This document shows, piece by piece, positions 1 to 8,803 of a stretch of 32,000 nucleotides of DNA. Numbering within the stretch: position 1 is the stretch's first letter; every line of letters begins with the position of its first letter. The notes under the pieces were generated by a model. It made no database searches and was not told where the DNA came from. It saw only the letters and a list, made by a program, of their open reading frames with translations. Position numbers and translations under genes: made by a program. The stretch is from NCBI RefSeq assembly GCF_000172995.2, contig NC_014735.1:330195-362194 (forward strand), in the 5' to 3' direction. The DNA comes from Halogeometricum borinquense DSM 11551 (lineage in GTDB: Archaea; Halobacteriota; Halobacteria; Halobacteriales; Haloferacaceae).

Positions 1-559
1 TGTATTCGAGCGGCGACGAATCGGCGGTTTCGGAGACGAGCAGCAGTCGGATGTCCTCTTGACGGGCAAGAGCGACCAACTGGGTCGTCACAGTTTCGAT
101 ATCCGGCGGTTCGTCGTGGCGAGTGGCCAAGTACTCGTAAATGAGCTCCCAACTGTCGAACGCAATCGTGAGCCGCTTGCTTGCGGCCTTGACCTGTTGG
201 ATCCATTCGAGTAGAGCGTCTAAATCCAACCTCTCGAACGGGACATCCATGTCTAACGGAAGCTCGAACGGGTCTTGGGAGAGGTCGAGAATGGATGTCT
301 TATCGAGGGAAAAATGCTCCTCGAAGTACATCTCGTGGACCGTATCTTGGTCAACGCGAGTCGACACATAGAGAACATCACCATCACGCTCCAGAACGTC
401 AAGACCGCGAATCGTGAACAGCGTTTTCCCTGTCCCCGGCGCTCCCTTAACGAGCAGAGCGTGACCCGGGTCGCCAGTAAAAAAACGGCTGATTTCGCGG
501 GGAAAGAGCGCACGGCCCTGTTGTTCCGTGAGCAAGGATGCAGGATCAGGTGAGGTCAT
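1..559 (-). CDS. gvpD: Gas vesicle regulatory protein GvpD, N-terminal part (gene continues past the window start)
   Basis: The minus-strand frame is open from the ATG (complement of 559-557) to the window edge, which is why it is absent from the ORF track. It translates as [81 protein letters not shown]... with a Walker A motif GAPGTGKT. It is divergent from gvpA, as in the p-vac, c-vac and mc-vac clusters. Confidence 0.9.
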   Translation of the reverse strand, partial: MTSPDPASLLTEQQGRALFPREISRFFTGDPGHALLVKGAPGTGKTLFTIRGLDVLERDGDVLYVSTRVDQDTVHEMYFEEHFSLDKTSILDLSQDPFELPLDMDVPFERLDLDALLEWIQQVKAASKRLTIAFDSWELIYEYLATRHDEPPDIETVTTQLVALARQEDIRLLLVSETADSSPLEY

Positions 560-777
560 AGGTTGCGTATGGTCGGTGGATGCCGGAGCGGTTTGCACTG
601 GTTGACAACAGTATGAAGCGCTCCTTAATCGAGCCGACCCTACGTGAGAACTCATTCTCATCGTACTTATATGTTTGACCTATTACAGGAAGTGAAACGG
701 TTGGTGAAATCATACAAATCAATTTACAACTTCATTGGGTAGTGTCGTGTGGGTACAAAGTACAACCCAGACCAATC
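560..777. promoter_or_regulatory. Divergent gvpD/gvpA intergenic promoter region (PD and PA)
   Basis: A TATA-like ATATAA lies on the minus strand (667-672) and TTTACA on the plus strand (723-728). They are about 50 nt apart, leaving about 35 nt between the presumed BRE elements, which matches the compact back-to-back PD/PA layout described for haloarchaeal vac regions. The PA TATA sits about 50 nt before the gvpA ATG, consistent with a short (about 20 nt) 5' UTR. Confidence 0.6.
693..712 (+). promoter_or_regulatory. Candidate GvpE-responsive upstream activator sequence of the gvpA promoter
   Basis: The sequence is TGAAACGG-ttgg-TGAAATCA. The published GvpE-UAS, as I recall it, is two 8-nt halves separated by 4 nt (TGAAACGG-N4-TGAACCAA). 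The first half matches exactly and the second matches 5/8. It is located directly upstream of the PA BRE/TATA. Confidence 0.55.
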
Positions 778-1014
778 ATGGCTCAACCCGATTCATCGAG
801 TTTGGCGGAAGTTCTGGACCGCGTATTGGACAAGGGTGTCGTCGTCGACGTGTGGGCGCGTGTCTCCCTCGTCGGTATCGAGATTCTGACCGTTGAGGCG
901 CGAGTCGTCGCTGCGTCGGTCGATACCTTCCTCCATTACGCTGAAGAAATCGCAAAAATCGAACAAGCGGAACTCACTGCTACCGCCGAGGCAGCACCCA
1001 CGCCTGAGGCCTGA
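778..1014 (+). CDS. gvpA: Major gas vesicle structural protein GvpA
   Basis: [68 protein letters not shown]... is nearly identical to the known Halobacterium/Haloferax GvpA. I place the start at ATG 778 rather than the GVG-type start at 742 used by the ORF track. Confidence 0.97.
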   Translation: MAQPDSSSLAEVLDRVLDKGVVVDVWARVSLVGIEILTVEARVVAASVDTFLHYAEEIAKIEQAELTATAEAAPTPEA

Positions 1015-1078
1015 ACCGCTGGCCTACTTTGGCGGAGTACGGAGGCGTATAGCTTGCAAGCAAACACTATCCAACCTA

Positions 1079-1083
1079 TTTTT
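1079..1083 (+). terminator. Oligo-T stretch between gvpA and gvpC (possible partial terminator)
   Basis: A T5 run lies 65 nt after the gvpA stop and follows the palindrome GCTTGCAAGC (1051-1060). Archaeal termination typically occurs at oligo-T, and gvpA mRNA is known to be far more abundant than read-through gvpACNO mRNA. Confidence 0.3.
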
Positions 1084-1097
1084 GCACACAACCACCC

Positions 1098-2256
1098 ATG
1101 ACTGTCAGAGACAAACGCGAGAAAATGACCGCAACCCGCGAGGAGTTCGCGGACGCACAGCAAGAGTTCGCGGCGTACGCCGCAGACTTCGCCGCTGACA
1201 TCGAAACCAAACGAGATGTGAGTAGCCTGCTCGATGCAATCGATGCCCTCCGAGCGGAGATCGAGGAGACCGGCGACGCGTTCGACGCATATAACCAGGA
1301 GTTCGCTGCTGAAGTCAGCCATCTCCAGACCGAAATCGGTGAGCAGCGAGAAGCGCTGCGTGAGATGCGTGACATCTTCGACGCGTATGCTGAGACCTTC
1401 GAATCGGATGTCGAAGCAAAGCAAGACGTAAGCGATCTCCTCGCCGCAATCGAGGACCTGCGAGCGGAGATGGACACAACTCACGAGGCGTTCGACGCGT
1501 ATACGAACGAGTTCGTGACCGATGTGGCTGCCCTCCGCGATGTATCCGACCTGTTGGCGGCAATCGAGGAACTACAACTGGAATTCGGCGCAGTCCAAGC
1601 GGAGTTCGACGACTACACCGATGACTTCGATGCCGACATCGAGCGATTCCGGAATGCCGTCGCAGAACAGCGCGATGCCGTCGCAGAATACCGCGAGGAG
1701 TTTCACGGCGTCGAAGTACAAGCTATGCTGAACGCGATTGCCGATTTCCAACAGGAAATCGACGACTTCAGAGCGGAGTTCGAAACGACTGAGGAGTCCT
1801 TCGACGCCTTCGCCCGCGACTTCTACGGAGCAGAAGCGTCGGATTCGGGGGACGCCCCTCGAAACGGAAGCCGAAGCACCAGACGCCGGAGTACCGGAAC
1901 AACCGGCCGAAGAATCAGTTGAAACCGAGAACGAGGAAGCGGAACTCGAAGTAGTCGAAACCGAGACCGACACCGAAGATACAGACACGGGGAGTATCAA
2001 GGAGGTCGAAGAAGAGTTGATTATAGAAGAGGAGATCGACACGGAGGACACGAGAGAAGCGGAGAATGCGGTAGAAGAGGACGAAGAGACGGAAGCAGAC
2101 GAAGATGCTCCAGAAGGAATGATTCAGTGTCTCGTGTGCGGTGAATACTATCAGGCGATTACGGAACCGCACTTACAGACCCACGACATGACGATTCAGG
2201 AGTACCGTGAAGAGTACGGTGAAGACATGCCACTCCGCCCGGACGATAAAGCATGA
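1098..2256 (+). pseudogene. gvpC: Gas vesicle protein GvpC, interrupted by a 1-nt frameshift (frame 0: 1098-1922; frame +1 continues to 2256)
   Basis: The N-terminal part MTVRDKREKMTATREEFADAQQEFAAYAADFAADIETK... carries repeated acidic helical units of about 32-40 aa, such as DVS(S/D)LL(D/A)AI(D/E)(A/D)LRAE. The C-terminal acidic tail and the zinc-finger-like CLVCGEYYQAITEPHLQTHDMTIQEYREEYGED are in the +1 frame. The frames can be joined at the G5 run 1847-1851. The stop overlaps the gvpN start (ATGA). Confidence 0.85.
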
Positions 2257-3296
2257 CGAACGGGTCACGCAAACGGAAGGTTCGAGGGTCGCAAATCCGC
2301 TCGTCTCGCGACGAAAAACAAGAACAAAACGTACGCAATCGCAGAGAAAAAGAACGCCAACGCCTCGAAAAACAGGAGTCTCACCGAGCAGGGAACGGAG
2401 CAGCACAGTTCGACGACCGATTTATGCCCGAAGAACAGCCGTTCGTCGAGACCGAGGCGGTAGCGCAGGTCGAAACGCGCATGAGTCGGTGGCTCGACGT
2501 GGGACGGCCCGTTCACCTGATCGGGCCGACCGGTTGTGGAAAGACGGCGTTGGCGATGCACGTCGCTCACGAGCGCGACCGCCCGGTCGTCTGGATCAAC
2601 GGTGATGCCGACCTAACGACGAGTGACCTCGTCGGAGAGTACGCCGAAAAAGAGCGCATTTCAGAGCGCGACAAGTACATCCACAACGTCATCAAGAGCA
2701 AGGATATCATCCGTGATCGATGGGTGAACAATCCGCTAACAGTGGCCGTGCAGGAAGGAGCGACGCTGGTGTACAACGAGTTCTCCCGGACGAAACCCGT
2801 CGCAAACAACGTTCTCCTGTCGGTCTTCGAGGAGGGGGTTCTCGAACTCCCGGGACAGCGTGGAGAGTCCAGATACGTCGATGTACACTCCGATTTCCGA
2901 GCGATTCTGACCTCGAACTCCGTGGAGTACGCTGGCGTTCACGAGCCACAAGATGCGCTCTTGGATCGTCTCGTCGGCCTCTACATGGATTTCTACGACC
3001 GTGATACCGAGGTCGAAATCGTCCAGTCCCACGTCGATGGACTCGATGCCGAAAATATAGAACAGATCGTTGAATTGATGCGCGAGTTGCGCGAGCGGCT
3101 CGATATCAACGTCGGGACACGAGCGGCGATTATGGCTGCTGAGGGCATCGGAACTGTCGATGATCGTAACCAATCCGTACTAACGGACATCTGTGTTGAT
3201 GTGTTGGCCTCGAAAGTTGCTCAGCGTAGTGAGGTTTCGGAGTTGCGAGACGTGGTCGAGTCCGCCATCCAAGACATGGAGGTCACCATTTCTTAA
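2253..3296 (+). CDS. gvpN: Gas vesicle AAA+ ATPase GvpN
   Basis: The protein has a basic N-terminus MTNGSRKRKVRGSQIRSSR..., a Walker A motif GPTGCGKT and a Walker B-like LVYNEF. It sits in gvpACNO order. Confidence 0.95.
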   Translation: MTNGSRKRKVRGSQIRSSRDEKQEQNVRNRREKERQRLEKQESHRAGNGAAQFDDRFMPEEQPFVETEAVAQVETRMSRWLDVGRPVHLIGPTGCGKTALAMHVAHERDRPVVWINGDADLTTSDLVGEYAEKERISERDKYIHNVIKSKDIIRDRWVNNPLTVAVQEGATLVYNEFSRTKPVANNVLLSVFEEGVLELPGQRGESRYVDVHSDFRAILTSNSVEYAGVHEPQDALLDRLVGLYMDFYDRDTEVEIVQSHVDGLDAENIEQIVELMRELRERLDINVGTRAAIMAAEGIGTVDDRNQSVLTDICVDVLASKVAQRSEVSELRDVVESAIQDMEVTIS

Positions 3297-3320
3297 GGTA
3301 TCAGCTTCATACCTAGGAAA

Positions 3321-3743
3321 ATGTCAGACCAAGCAAACGATCCGCCAGAACGTGATGACATCAACGATGTGGTCTCCCCTACCGAGATAGAGGGGATGCC
3401 GTCAGCGGAGCATGTCGATGATGAGTCTTCCGAGCAGGCTACATCGGCTGAAGCGATGCCGAACCAGTCTTCGGATTCACCAATCGGACTCGGTGACGCG
3501 CAAAAACGAGCGCGAGAAGTGGCAGAAGAGCTGTTAGAATACAAATTCGAGGGGATCATCAAAATCGAGGCGACGGACGACGACAGCTGGCGGACTGTCG
3601 TGGAAGTGGTCGAACGGAGTGCCGTTCCGGATACTCAAGATATCATCGGGTGCTACGAAATCACACTCGACGAGACGGGGAGTGTCACCAGCTACGAGCT
3701 ACTGAGACGCTACCGACGTGGTGATATGAAAGAGGAGATGTGA
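3321..3743 (+). CDS. gvpO: Gas vesicle protein GvpO
   Basis: A 140-aa acidic protein follows gvpN directly. Its C-terminal part ...[67 protein letters not shown] is typical of GvpO. Confidence 0.85.
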   Translation: MSDQANDPPERDDINDVVSPTEIEGMPSAEHVDDESSEQATSAEAMPNQSSDSPIGLGDAQKRAREVAEELLEYKFEGIIKIEATDDDSWRTVVEVVERSAVPDTQDIIGCYEITLDETGSVTSYELLRRYRRGDMKEEM

Positions 3744-3940
3744 CTGATTGCACCAAACAGAAGCAAGTCGGCAAACACGACGTACCGGCTGATCGTGGCA
3801 AACGAGGAAGGCGAGTTGGGAGTATCGACCCGGTTAGTATCGCAGTTACGGGTTCACGATAGCCGTCATAGGCCTGTCGTGTCCCAGTCCTATCAACTAC
3901 GCAAATATTCTTACACCGTCCAAGTCGATTTCTGTGTGAG

Positions 3941-5668
3941 ATGTCTCCATCCGATAACGATCAGGATTCGATGCCGTCCGATTACGAGATTGCACAGTCC
4001 ACTGAGATGGTTCCGATCTGGGACTTCCTCGAACCGTGGGATCTCGACAGCAGCGACCTGCAGTACTCCGGTGAGTACAAAGCGAAAATCGAGCACCACG
4101 CTGTCGAGCGTCTCCGTGACGATGCCGCGGACAGAGCGCAAAATCTCGTCCTCGTAACCGGCATGACGCCGACACCGTTGGGTGAAGGGAAAACGGTGAC
4201 GACGGTCGGACTCGGACAGACGCTCGACCACCTCGGCAAAGAGGCAGTTATCGCTATCCGCGAACCGTCGCTCGGCCCGATATTCGGGGTCAAAGGTGGC
4301 GCGGCCGGTGGTGGCTACTCGCAGGTCTTGCCGATGGAAGATATCAATCTCCACTTTACCGGCGATCTCCACGCGCTCACGTCGGCGCATAACCTTATCG
4401 CGGCGATGCTCGACGCGAAAATATCGCAAGGGAGCGAGTTGGAAATCGACGTGAACGATGTCGAATGGCCCCGCGCTCTCGATATGAACGACCGCGTACT
4501 TCGGGAAACGGTCGTCGGTCTCGGCGGCAAGACGGGTGGCACGCCGCGCGAGGATGGCTTCCTCCTCACTGCAGCCTCGGAGTTGATGGCCGTCCTGTGT
4601 CTGGCAAGCGACCTCGGCGACCTTAAAGAGCGCATCGCCCGGATCATCGTCGCGTACGACGACGAAGGCGACCCGGTCACTGTAGACGATATCGAGGCCA
4701 CCGGCCCGGTCACGATGCTCCTCCGTGACGCCATCAAGCCCAATATCGTTCAAACAATCGAGGGGACGCCCGCGTTCGTCCACGGTGGCCCGTTCGCAAA
4801 TATTGCTCACGGAACGAACTCGCTCATCGCTGACAAGGCCGCGTTCGGCATGGGTGACTATCTAGTCACAGAAGCCGGATTCGGGTCTGATCTCGGCGCG
4901 GAGAAGTTCATGAACATCGTCTGCCGATTCGGGGAGATGACACCGAACGTCCTTGTTCTCGTTGCCTCCGTCCGGGCACTCAAGTACCACGGGCTGGATA
5001 TGTGGCCCACAGACTACGACGCGATAGCAGAAGCGGGAGTTGACGCAATAGAGCGCGGATTCGAGAATCTCGACAAGCACGTCCAGAACTTACAGCAGTT
5101 CGGCGTGCCCGTCGTCGTCGCCGTCAACCGCTTCCCGAATGATACGGACGAGGAAATCCAGACCGTCTTAGACCACTGCCGCGACGATATCGGCGTGAAA
5201 GCTGCTGAATCAACCGTCTTCGCGGACGGCGGTGAAGGCGGCGTTGACCTCGCAGAAAACATCATCGAGGAAGTCGAAACCAACGACCCGGACGACTTCG
5301 CGTTTCTGTACGAGGACGACGCATCGATCAAAGAGAAAATAGAGACCGTTGCGACCGAGATGTACGGTGCTGATGGGGTGACCTACACGGGGACCGCATC
5401 GGAAGATATCGAGCGGATGGAGGAGTTAGGCTTTGCGGAGTACCCGGTTTGTCTCTCGAAGACGTTCCACTCACTGAGCGACGATTCGAGCAAGAAAGGC
5501 GCGCCGACGGACTGGTCGCTCGAAGTCCGCGAGGTGTACCCGTCCGCCGGAGCGGGGTTCCTCGTTGCACTCACCGGCGACGTATTGACGATGCCGGGAC
5601 TACCCGCTGACCCGGCCGCCGCAGACATGGATATCGACGCCGAAGGTAACATCTCCGGACTGTTCTGA
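3941..5668 (+). CDS. fhs: Formate--tetrahydrofolate ligase
   Basis: Full-length FTHFS-like translation containing PTPLGEGKTVTTVGL and EPSLGPIFGVKGGAAGGGYSQV. A TATA-like AAATATT at 3903-3909 favours the ATG at 3941; the alternative ATG at 3971 (MPSDYEIAQ) cannot be excluded. Confidence 0.9.
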   Translation: MSPSDNDQDSMPSDYEIAQSTEMVPIWDFLEPWDLDSSDLQYSGEYKAKIEHHAVERLRDDAADRAQNLVLVTGMTPTPLGEGKTVTTVGLGQTLDHLGKEAVIAIREPSLGPIFGVKGGAAGGGYSQVLPMEDINLHFTGDLHALTSAHNLIAAMLDAKISQGSELEIDVNDVEWPRALDMNDRVLRETVVGLGGKTGGTPREDGFLLTAASELMAVLCLASDLGDLKERIARIIVAYDDEGDPVTVDDIEATGPVTMLLRDAIKPNIVQTIEGTPAFVHGGPFANIAHGTNSLIADKAAFGMGDYLVTEAGFGSDLGAEKFMNIVCRFGEMTPNVLVLVASVRALKYHGLDMWPTDYDAIAEAGVDAIERGFENLDKHVQNLQQFGVPVVVAVNRFPNDTDEEIQTVLDHCRDDIGVKAAESTVFADGGEGGVDLAENIIEEVETNDPDDFAFLYEDDASIKEKIETVATEMYGADGVTYTGTASEDIERMEELGFAEYPVCLSKTFHSLSDDSSKKGAPTDWSLEVREVYPSAGAGFLVALTGDVLTMPGLPADPAAADMDIDAEGNISGLF

Positions 5669-5801
5669 CCCGGATCGGACACTGCGTTCGATTAGCTTCC
5701 GGACGGTGTCGAATCGATGCGGCCGTTGCGACCGCTCCCCCGGCCCGCCTCGCTCCCGTCAAACGGTGAACGCCACCGCCTTTGGGCGATTCAACACATC
5801 G

Positions 5802-5807
5802 TTTAAT
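5802..5807 (+). promoter_or_regulatory. TATA-like box for the histidine kinase gene (leaderless arrangement)
   Basis: TTTAAT is centred about 27 nt upstream of ATG 5832. Confidence 0.4.
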
Positions 5808-5831
5808 GTACTTTCGTGTTATGTCTCAATC

Positions 5832-6929
5832 ATGACTCGGGGATACCGACGATTACTCCCAATCGTTACGATGGGATTCGGAGTTGGTCTCGTCGGTGTC
5901 AGCCTCGCCGAAATCCTGCTTCGGATGAGTGGTCGGATCCCGACAGGAATCCCGTTTTGGGCGAGCGTCACGACCAGTGCCCCGTTTGCACTGTATCTCA
6001 TGATCGGCGGATACTGGCTCAAGCGGAGTGATGTCCCCGAAGTCCGTTACCCCCGAGTGCTCGCGATTACGATGACTGGAATGATGTTTCTCGGCGGATT
6101 CTTCACAATCATTGGGGTCACCTTTCGACAGGTGGGAATCGTCCAAACCCTCTCTCCGATTCGGTGGGGATTGTCGGTGGGAGGGGGCAGTGGATTACTC
6201 CTTGCGTTCTTGAACGCCCAACGAATAGAGAAAGAACTCGCCAGTGAACGCGAATTGATCCGCTCAGCGGAGCTTGAGGAGCGTCGAGAACTCCTCAATT
6301 ATCTGAATGCGTTGCTCCGCCACGAAGTACTGAATACCGCGAACGTCATCGAAGGATATGCCACTGGCTTGATGGAGTCTCTAGACGGCGATGAAAAGGA
6401 CAACGCCGCGACGATCCGGCGCCAAGCCCGAGAGCTGACAGTAATAATAGACGATGTCCGCTTTCTTCTTCGGGCCGCTGGCGAGAATCCGTCGATGGAA
6501 CCGACCAACCTCTCTCGGATGCTTCGAGATGAACTGACGAGTCTCCAAGATCGACATCCAGAGGTCGATATCGACCGGGACATTCCGGACGAGGTGTACG
6601 TCGCTGCCGATCTAATGCTCAAACGACTGCTCTCCAACCTGTTGGAAAATGCCGTAGAGCACAACCCAGACGAGAGACCCTGGGTATCTGCCGAGGTATC
6701 CGTCACCGACGATACTGCGGCAGTCCGCATCGAGGATAACGGTCCAGGCGTTCCGGAAACCGTTCAGTCGGATCTGTTCAAACCAGCCCAGAAGTGGGAT
6801 GACCGGCACGGACTGGGTCTCCTCATCGTCAAACGACTGGCCAACCGATACGACGGCCGGATCGAACTCACCGAAACCGGTCCGGACGGGAGCGTGTTCA
6901 CGGTCGAACTCCCTCTGGCGACGACGTAG
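5832..6929 (+). CDS. Membrane-bound sensor histidine kinase (multi-TM N-terminus, HisKA + HATPase_c, no PAS/GAF)
   Basis: Hydrophobic helices occupy the first ~170 aa. The H-box is LLRHEVLNTANVIEGY, the N-box NLLENAVEHN, G1 EDNGPGV and G2 GLGLLIV. I place the start at ATG 5832 (MTRGYRRLLPIV) because the upstream 42 codons are arginine-rich, non-protein-like sequence, and because of the TATA position. Confidence 0.85.
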   Translation: MTRGYRRLLPIVTMGFGVGLVGVSLAEILLRMSGRIPTGIPFWASVTTSAPFALYLMIGGYWLKRSDVPEVRYPRVLAITMTGMMFLGGFFTIIGVTFRQVGIVQTLSPIRWGLSVGGGSGLLLAFLNAQRIEKELASERELIRSAELEERRELLNYLNALLRHEVLNTANVIEGYATGLMESLDGDEKDNAATIRRQARELTVIIDDVRFLLRAAGENPSMEPTNLSRMLRDELTSLQDRHPEVDIDRDIPDEVYVAADLMLKRLLSNLLENAVEHNPDERPWVSAEVSVTDDTAAVRIEDNGPGVPETVQSDLFKPAQKWDDRHGLGLLIVKRLANRYDGRIELTETGPDGSVFTVELPLATT

Positions 6930-6993
6930 CGAGGCTGATACTCCGCCGTGAAGCGCTCGCTCGACTTCGCCGTACAGCACGTACTTTCGGACG

Positions 6994-8526
6994 CTAAAGC
7001 TCCTGTTCGTGCTTTTTTCGCTCGGTGATATCCCGACTGTTAATCACGAACCCCTCGACAGCGGGATTATCCAACTGGTTGTTGCCGACCGCTTCGATCC
7101 AGCGCCACGACCCATCCTTATGCCGGAACCGACACTCGACAGTTGGTGTCATCTCCGGGTTTGAGACCGCCTCGCTGAACGTTTCCATGACCTCCTGACG
7201 GTCCTCGGGATGGATGTATTCGAAGGCGTTCTCACCGAGCAACGCCTCGGGTTCGTATCCGAGAACGTGCTCGACCGACGGACTCTGGTATAAGTACGTA
7301 CCGTCTTCATCGAGGACGACGATGATGTCAGTCGAGTTTTCGATGAACGCTTGGAATCGCTCTTGCTGCGCTTTGCGCTCTGAGATGTCTCTTGCGATAC
7401 CGACGAGACCGGTGAGGTTACCCTCCGGGTCGGTCAAACGTGCGCCGGTGAACTCGTGGGGGATGTACTCCCCATGTTTCGTGAGTACATTGGCTTCAAC
7501 AGTGGCAGATCCCGTCGTTAGCGCCTCCTCGATTGCCTCACCCACCCGCTCTCGTTCATCCTCGGGGAAGAACTCAATCGCTTGCATCTCGCTGATTTCC
7601 GCATCGGTGTACCCGGTGCGTTCCAAGGCAGTCTCGTTCCACCGTCGCATCGTGCCATCCGGGTTAATAACGTAGAACGCGTCATCGAGCGCATTGAGCG
7701 CTTGGTCGATGAACATGCGCTCCTGCCGAAGCGTTCTCTCTCGTTTTTTTCGCTCGGTGATATCGCGTGCGAAGCCGGCGATGCGAGTGACCGTCCCAGC
7801 ACTGTCGGTGATCGGTTCGGCCTGTACCCAGATCCATCGCTGATAGTTTTCGTCTTCGTTGACGCGGTATTCGAGATCGGCCGGATTCCCGTTCGAAAGT
7901 TGGTTCATCGCAGCCGTAACTTGCTCACGGTCGTCGGGATGAACGCCGTGTAGAAAGTCCCGAGGCTGCGCCGCAAGTGTCTCCGTCGAACGGCCCCAAA
8001 TATCTTCGTAGGCGGAGTTGATATAGAGCAGTTCATCCCAATCCGATGAAAACATCCAGAGGACATCGTTACTTGCCTCGCTCAGTTCCTGTAAGCGGCG
8101 TTCGGTCTTGGTCGCTTGCTGTTCGGCACGGTACTGTGAGACCACGTTTTTGATTCGGTTCGCCAGCAGTTTGTACTGTCCCGTCCCGGCCTGCTTCTGG
8201 AGATAATCGGTTACCCCTGCCGAAATAGCGTCGCTGGCAATGCTTTCGCTTCCTTTGCCAGTAAATAGAATGAACGGGAGCGAAGGATAGTCCTCACGGA
8301 CGGCGTTGAGAAATTCGATGCCGTTCTGCTCCGGCATATCGTAATCGGAGACGACACAGTCGATGTCCTCGGTGGCAAGCACATCAAGCCCCGCTCCGGC
8401 AGTCGTTGCCGTCTCAACGACAAAGCTGTCGTTTTCCCGTTCGAGAAAGTCGGCCGCCAGTGTCGCAAAGTCAGGTTCGTCATCGACGTGAAGCACGTGA
8501 ATCGGCCGATCTGACTGTACCATCAT
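6994..8526 (-). CDS. Response-regulator receiver domain protein with three PAS domains and no recognisable output domain
   Basis: The N-terminus reads MMVQSDRPIHVLHVDDEPDF...DCVVSDYDMPEQNGIEFL...LPFILFTGKGSE (REC domain). Three PAS-like units follow, separated by DITERKKRE / DISERKAQQE / DITERKKHEQEL linkers, and the protein ends right after the last linker. The start is at 8526 or 8523; the ORF-track extension to 8655 is AT-rich and non-protein-like. Confidence 0.85.
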   Translation of the reverse strand: MMVQSDRPIHVLHVDDEPDFATLAADFLERENDSFVVETATTAGAGLDVLATEDIDCVVSDYDMPEQNGIEFLNAVREDYPSLPFILFTGKGSESIASDAISAGVTDYLQKQAGTGQYKLLANRIKNVVSQYRAEQQATKTERRLQELSEASNDVLWMFSSDWDELLYINSAYEDIWGRSTETLAAQPRDFLHGVHPDDREQVTAAMNQLSNGNPADLEYRVNEDENYQRWIWVQAEPITDSAGTVTRIAGFARDITERKKRERTLRQERMFIDQALNALDDAFYVINPDGTMRRWNETALERTGYTDAEISEMQAIEFFPEDERERVGEAIEEALTTGSATVEANVLTKHGEYIPHEFTGARLTDPEGNLTGLVGIARDISERKAQQERFQAFIENSTDIIVVLDEDGTYLYQSPSVEHVLGYEPEALLGENAFEYIHPEDRQEVMETFSEAVSNPEMTPTVECRFRHKDGSWRWIEAVGNNQLDNPAVEGFVINSRDITERKKHEQEL

Positions 8527-8543
8527 GGCAATTGTTATCTTGG

Positions 8544-8553
8544 AAATATAAAG
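8544..8553 (-). promoter_or_regulatory. TATA-like box for the REC-PAS gene
   Basis: The minus strand reads CTTTATATTT, centred about 23-26 nt upstream of the ATG at 8526. Confidence 0.4.
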
Positions 8554-8803
8554 AATTGAGGTACTACTCAGAGAGAAAAACACCCGATAAATAACATATA
8601 ATATGCATAATATACATCGATACTGGATTGGTGTTTTCTGAGGATAGAAAACCACTAATGGGAAAATTCTAAATTTGAATCTTCATCTCCAAAATGAAGG
8701 TGTCAAGATCTATCTAGATACTGTCTTATCCTAAACACCGCTAGTATGGCCTATTCTGACACCAAACCATCGAAATCTGAAAGGCAAGACGAAACTCGGC
8801 GAG

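Noticed and set aside
936-2051. Long minus-strand ORFs (936-1484, 1076-1477, 1572-2051) antisense to gvpA/gvpC
   Set aside because: Their translations are Ser/Arg/Ala-rich and low-complexity, as expected from the reverse strand of a GC-rich repetitive acidic gene. The plus-strand products are unmistakable GvpA and GvpC.
3911-4810. 299-aa minus-strand ORF overlapping fhs
   Set aside because: It is antisense to a full-length, clearly homologous formate-THF ligase. Its composition is arginine-rich and unlike the acidic host proteome.
5706-5831. Upstream extension of the histidine kinase ORF (ORF-track start 5706)
   Set aside because: The extra 42 codons (MSNRCGRCDRSPGPPRSRQTV...) are Arg/Cys/Pro-rich and unlike a haloarchaeal protein. 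A TATA-like box at 5802-5807 sits inside the extension, at the right distance for a start at 5832.
8527-8655. Upstream extension of the REC-PAS ORF (ORF-track start 8655)
   Set aside because: It is AT-rich with a hydrophobic nonsense translation (MVFYPQKTPIQYRCILCILYVIYRVFF...). The receiver domain begins right after the MM at 8526/8523, and a TATA-like box lies within the extension.
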